Shown: positions 62,377-64,000 of the stretch, piece by piece
Position numbering within the stretch: position 1 is the stretch's first letter
Layout: every line of letters begins with the position of its first letter
Source: Antedon mediterranea
Taxonomy: Eukaryota; Animalia; Echinodermata
Assembly: GCF_964355755.1 (NCBI RefSeq)
Contig: NC_092676.1
Coordinates: 20,354,871-20,418,870, forward strand
Direction: 5' to 3'
DNA length: 64,000 nt
Notes under the pieces: generated by a model
Told to the model about the DNA's origin: nothing
Seen by the model: the letters and a program-made list of their open reading frames with translations, nothing else
Database searches by the model: none
Translations under genes and position numbers: made by a program

Positions 62377-64000
62377 TATATATATAGATATGTGCTGTAA
62401 AAAAAGTTAATAATGAATTTGTGCCTGTCTTGCATGTGGTTCTACCTGACTGGTAGTAAATAAATAAATATGAGACAACTTATTGTATTATTTATTAAGT
62501 CCACAAGATCTTTTTTTACATATTTATCAAGTGAGTACTGTATTATATTCTCTGGTTTTAATTTTGTATTATGATAAAGATATCAGTGCTAGTGAAGCGA
62601 GTTCCTGTAAATTTAAAAATTGTTTGTAAATTTTTGTTTATGTCGATACTCAACATTAAAAATTTGGTTGGTTAAATACTAGTGATATACACTAGTAAAA
62701 TGTGGCCACGCCCTTGTTTGCAATGTGTGTGGTTACCAGTACACTATGGCCATACCCTCATTTGCATTTTGTGTGGTCCCCAGTACAGTCAAATTATGAT
62801 TCCAGATTTTTAAGAAATTGGAATTTTGTGTTTTCAAAAAGTAGCAGAGTAACATATGTATGAGTATTGTATAATAGATTATGTATAACAATTTTTGTTA
62901 AGAGGTTGTGATGTTAAAATATAATATTACATAGTTTGGTAAACATACTCGACACTTTGACCAAATGTCTGGAAAAAAATCACTGTTAATTCTAATTTAG
63001 ATGTAGAAATTGTGACAAACATTTCATACAGTAAAATATTATCAATATTTGTATACTAGATATTAACAATGTTATGTTTGTTCTATCAAGAGAATTATAA
63101 ACAATGTAGAAAAGTTTGTGATTGTCCAGATCAAGATTTGTTAGTTTTATACTATACTGTATATATGTATAGTAGAGAAACTGATGGCCAGGATTGCAAC
63201 ATTATATAATGACATTGCAGCAAGCATTGCATATTTTGGGCTAGTGACTACTTTGAACAGTTAAACAACTTACATTGCAGATTTTGGACTACTACATTTT
63301 ACAACAATTTGCATTCAATATTTTTCTGGGCTATTTCTGTGTAGAGCATTTTTGTGGGCGTTGGATACTCTATGTTAAGCCATCAACCATTCAACATATT
63401 GTATATTTTTCGGCTAATGCCCTGATGAACCACATGAGTAAAAACATTGAACATGGCACATATTTGGGCTACTGCTGTGTAGAGTATGGAAAATTACATC
63501 ATTGCTGAATTCTTTTGGGGGCTATCATTTTTTGGGCACTTTAGAGCACTTTTGGGATTTGCATCAAGGTGTAAGTTTACAAACTTTTGAAGATGAAATA
63601 AAAAAAAAAACATGATTAAGTTGTATTGTATTTTGTGTTTTATATGCTATCTGTTGTGGTCATTGAACTGAATAAAAATTGCAAATTGCAATGGATAATA
63701 TAAAGCGTTTTATAAATACAGTATTTGTATAAATAAACAAATAATAAATAAAGCGCGACCTCAATTTTATACTGATTTTTGGTCATGTCACTGAACTTTC
63801 TAAGTTTTTATGATGACAAAAATAATGGAGAAAGAGGGCGATAGCGCCACACCCACCAATCAGATGATAGAATGCGGAGGCCGAAAAAAGAGATAGCGAT
63901 AGCCATATTGTGTGAAACCGCAGGGTCTGATTTCCGCTATAATAGTGGCTTACTGTCATCATTATAAACGTGTTGGACGGCAACGAAAAGGTATAATCTA

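Noticed and set aside
63755-64000. GC-richer segment at the window end (possible transposon end or next promoter)
   Set aside because: Truncated by the window edge; no partner TIR or convincing ORF is visible.

Overview
AT-rich, intron-containing animal genomic DNA. It is probably a marine invertebrate, possibly an echinoderm, but the taxon is inferred and not proven. Bases 1-16.7 kb hold a tandem array (~2.6 kb unit) of single-coding-exon, Ig-like type-I membrane receptor genes on the minus strand. There are three copies, each with a different lesion and mosaic relative to each other, plus a fourth unit whose gene is deleted. The first spacer is inflated by nested mobile DNA: a 1.5 kb TIR element, and an L1/Tx1-type LINE with a ~90 bp flanking duplication that itself carries a tRNA-SINE and a Ty3/Gypsy element with near-identical 145 bp LTRs. 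Bases 17.6-27.7 kb hold RAD51AP1 (minus, 8 exons) head-to-head with C12orf4/FERRY3 (plus, 13 exons), the same arrangement as in human. Bases 30.2-61.8 kb hold MED25 (plus, 20 coding exons, ~1194 aa) with an expanded low-complexity region and introns rich in MITEs, SINEs and tandem repeats. Exon coordinates were derived by hand from GT-AG sites and frame continuity.
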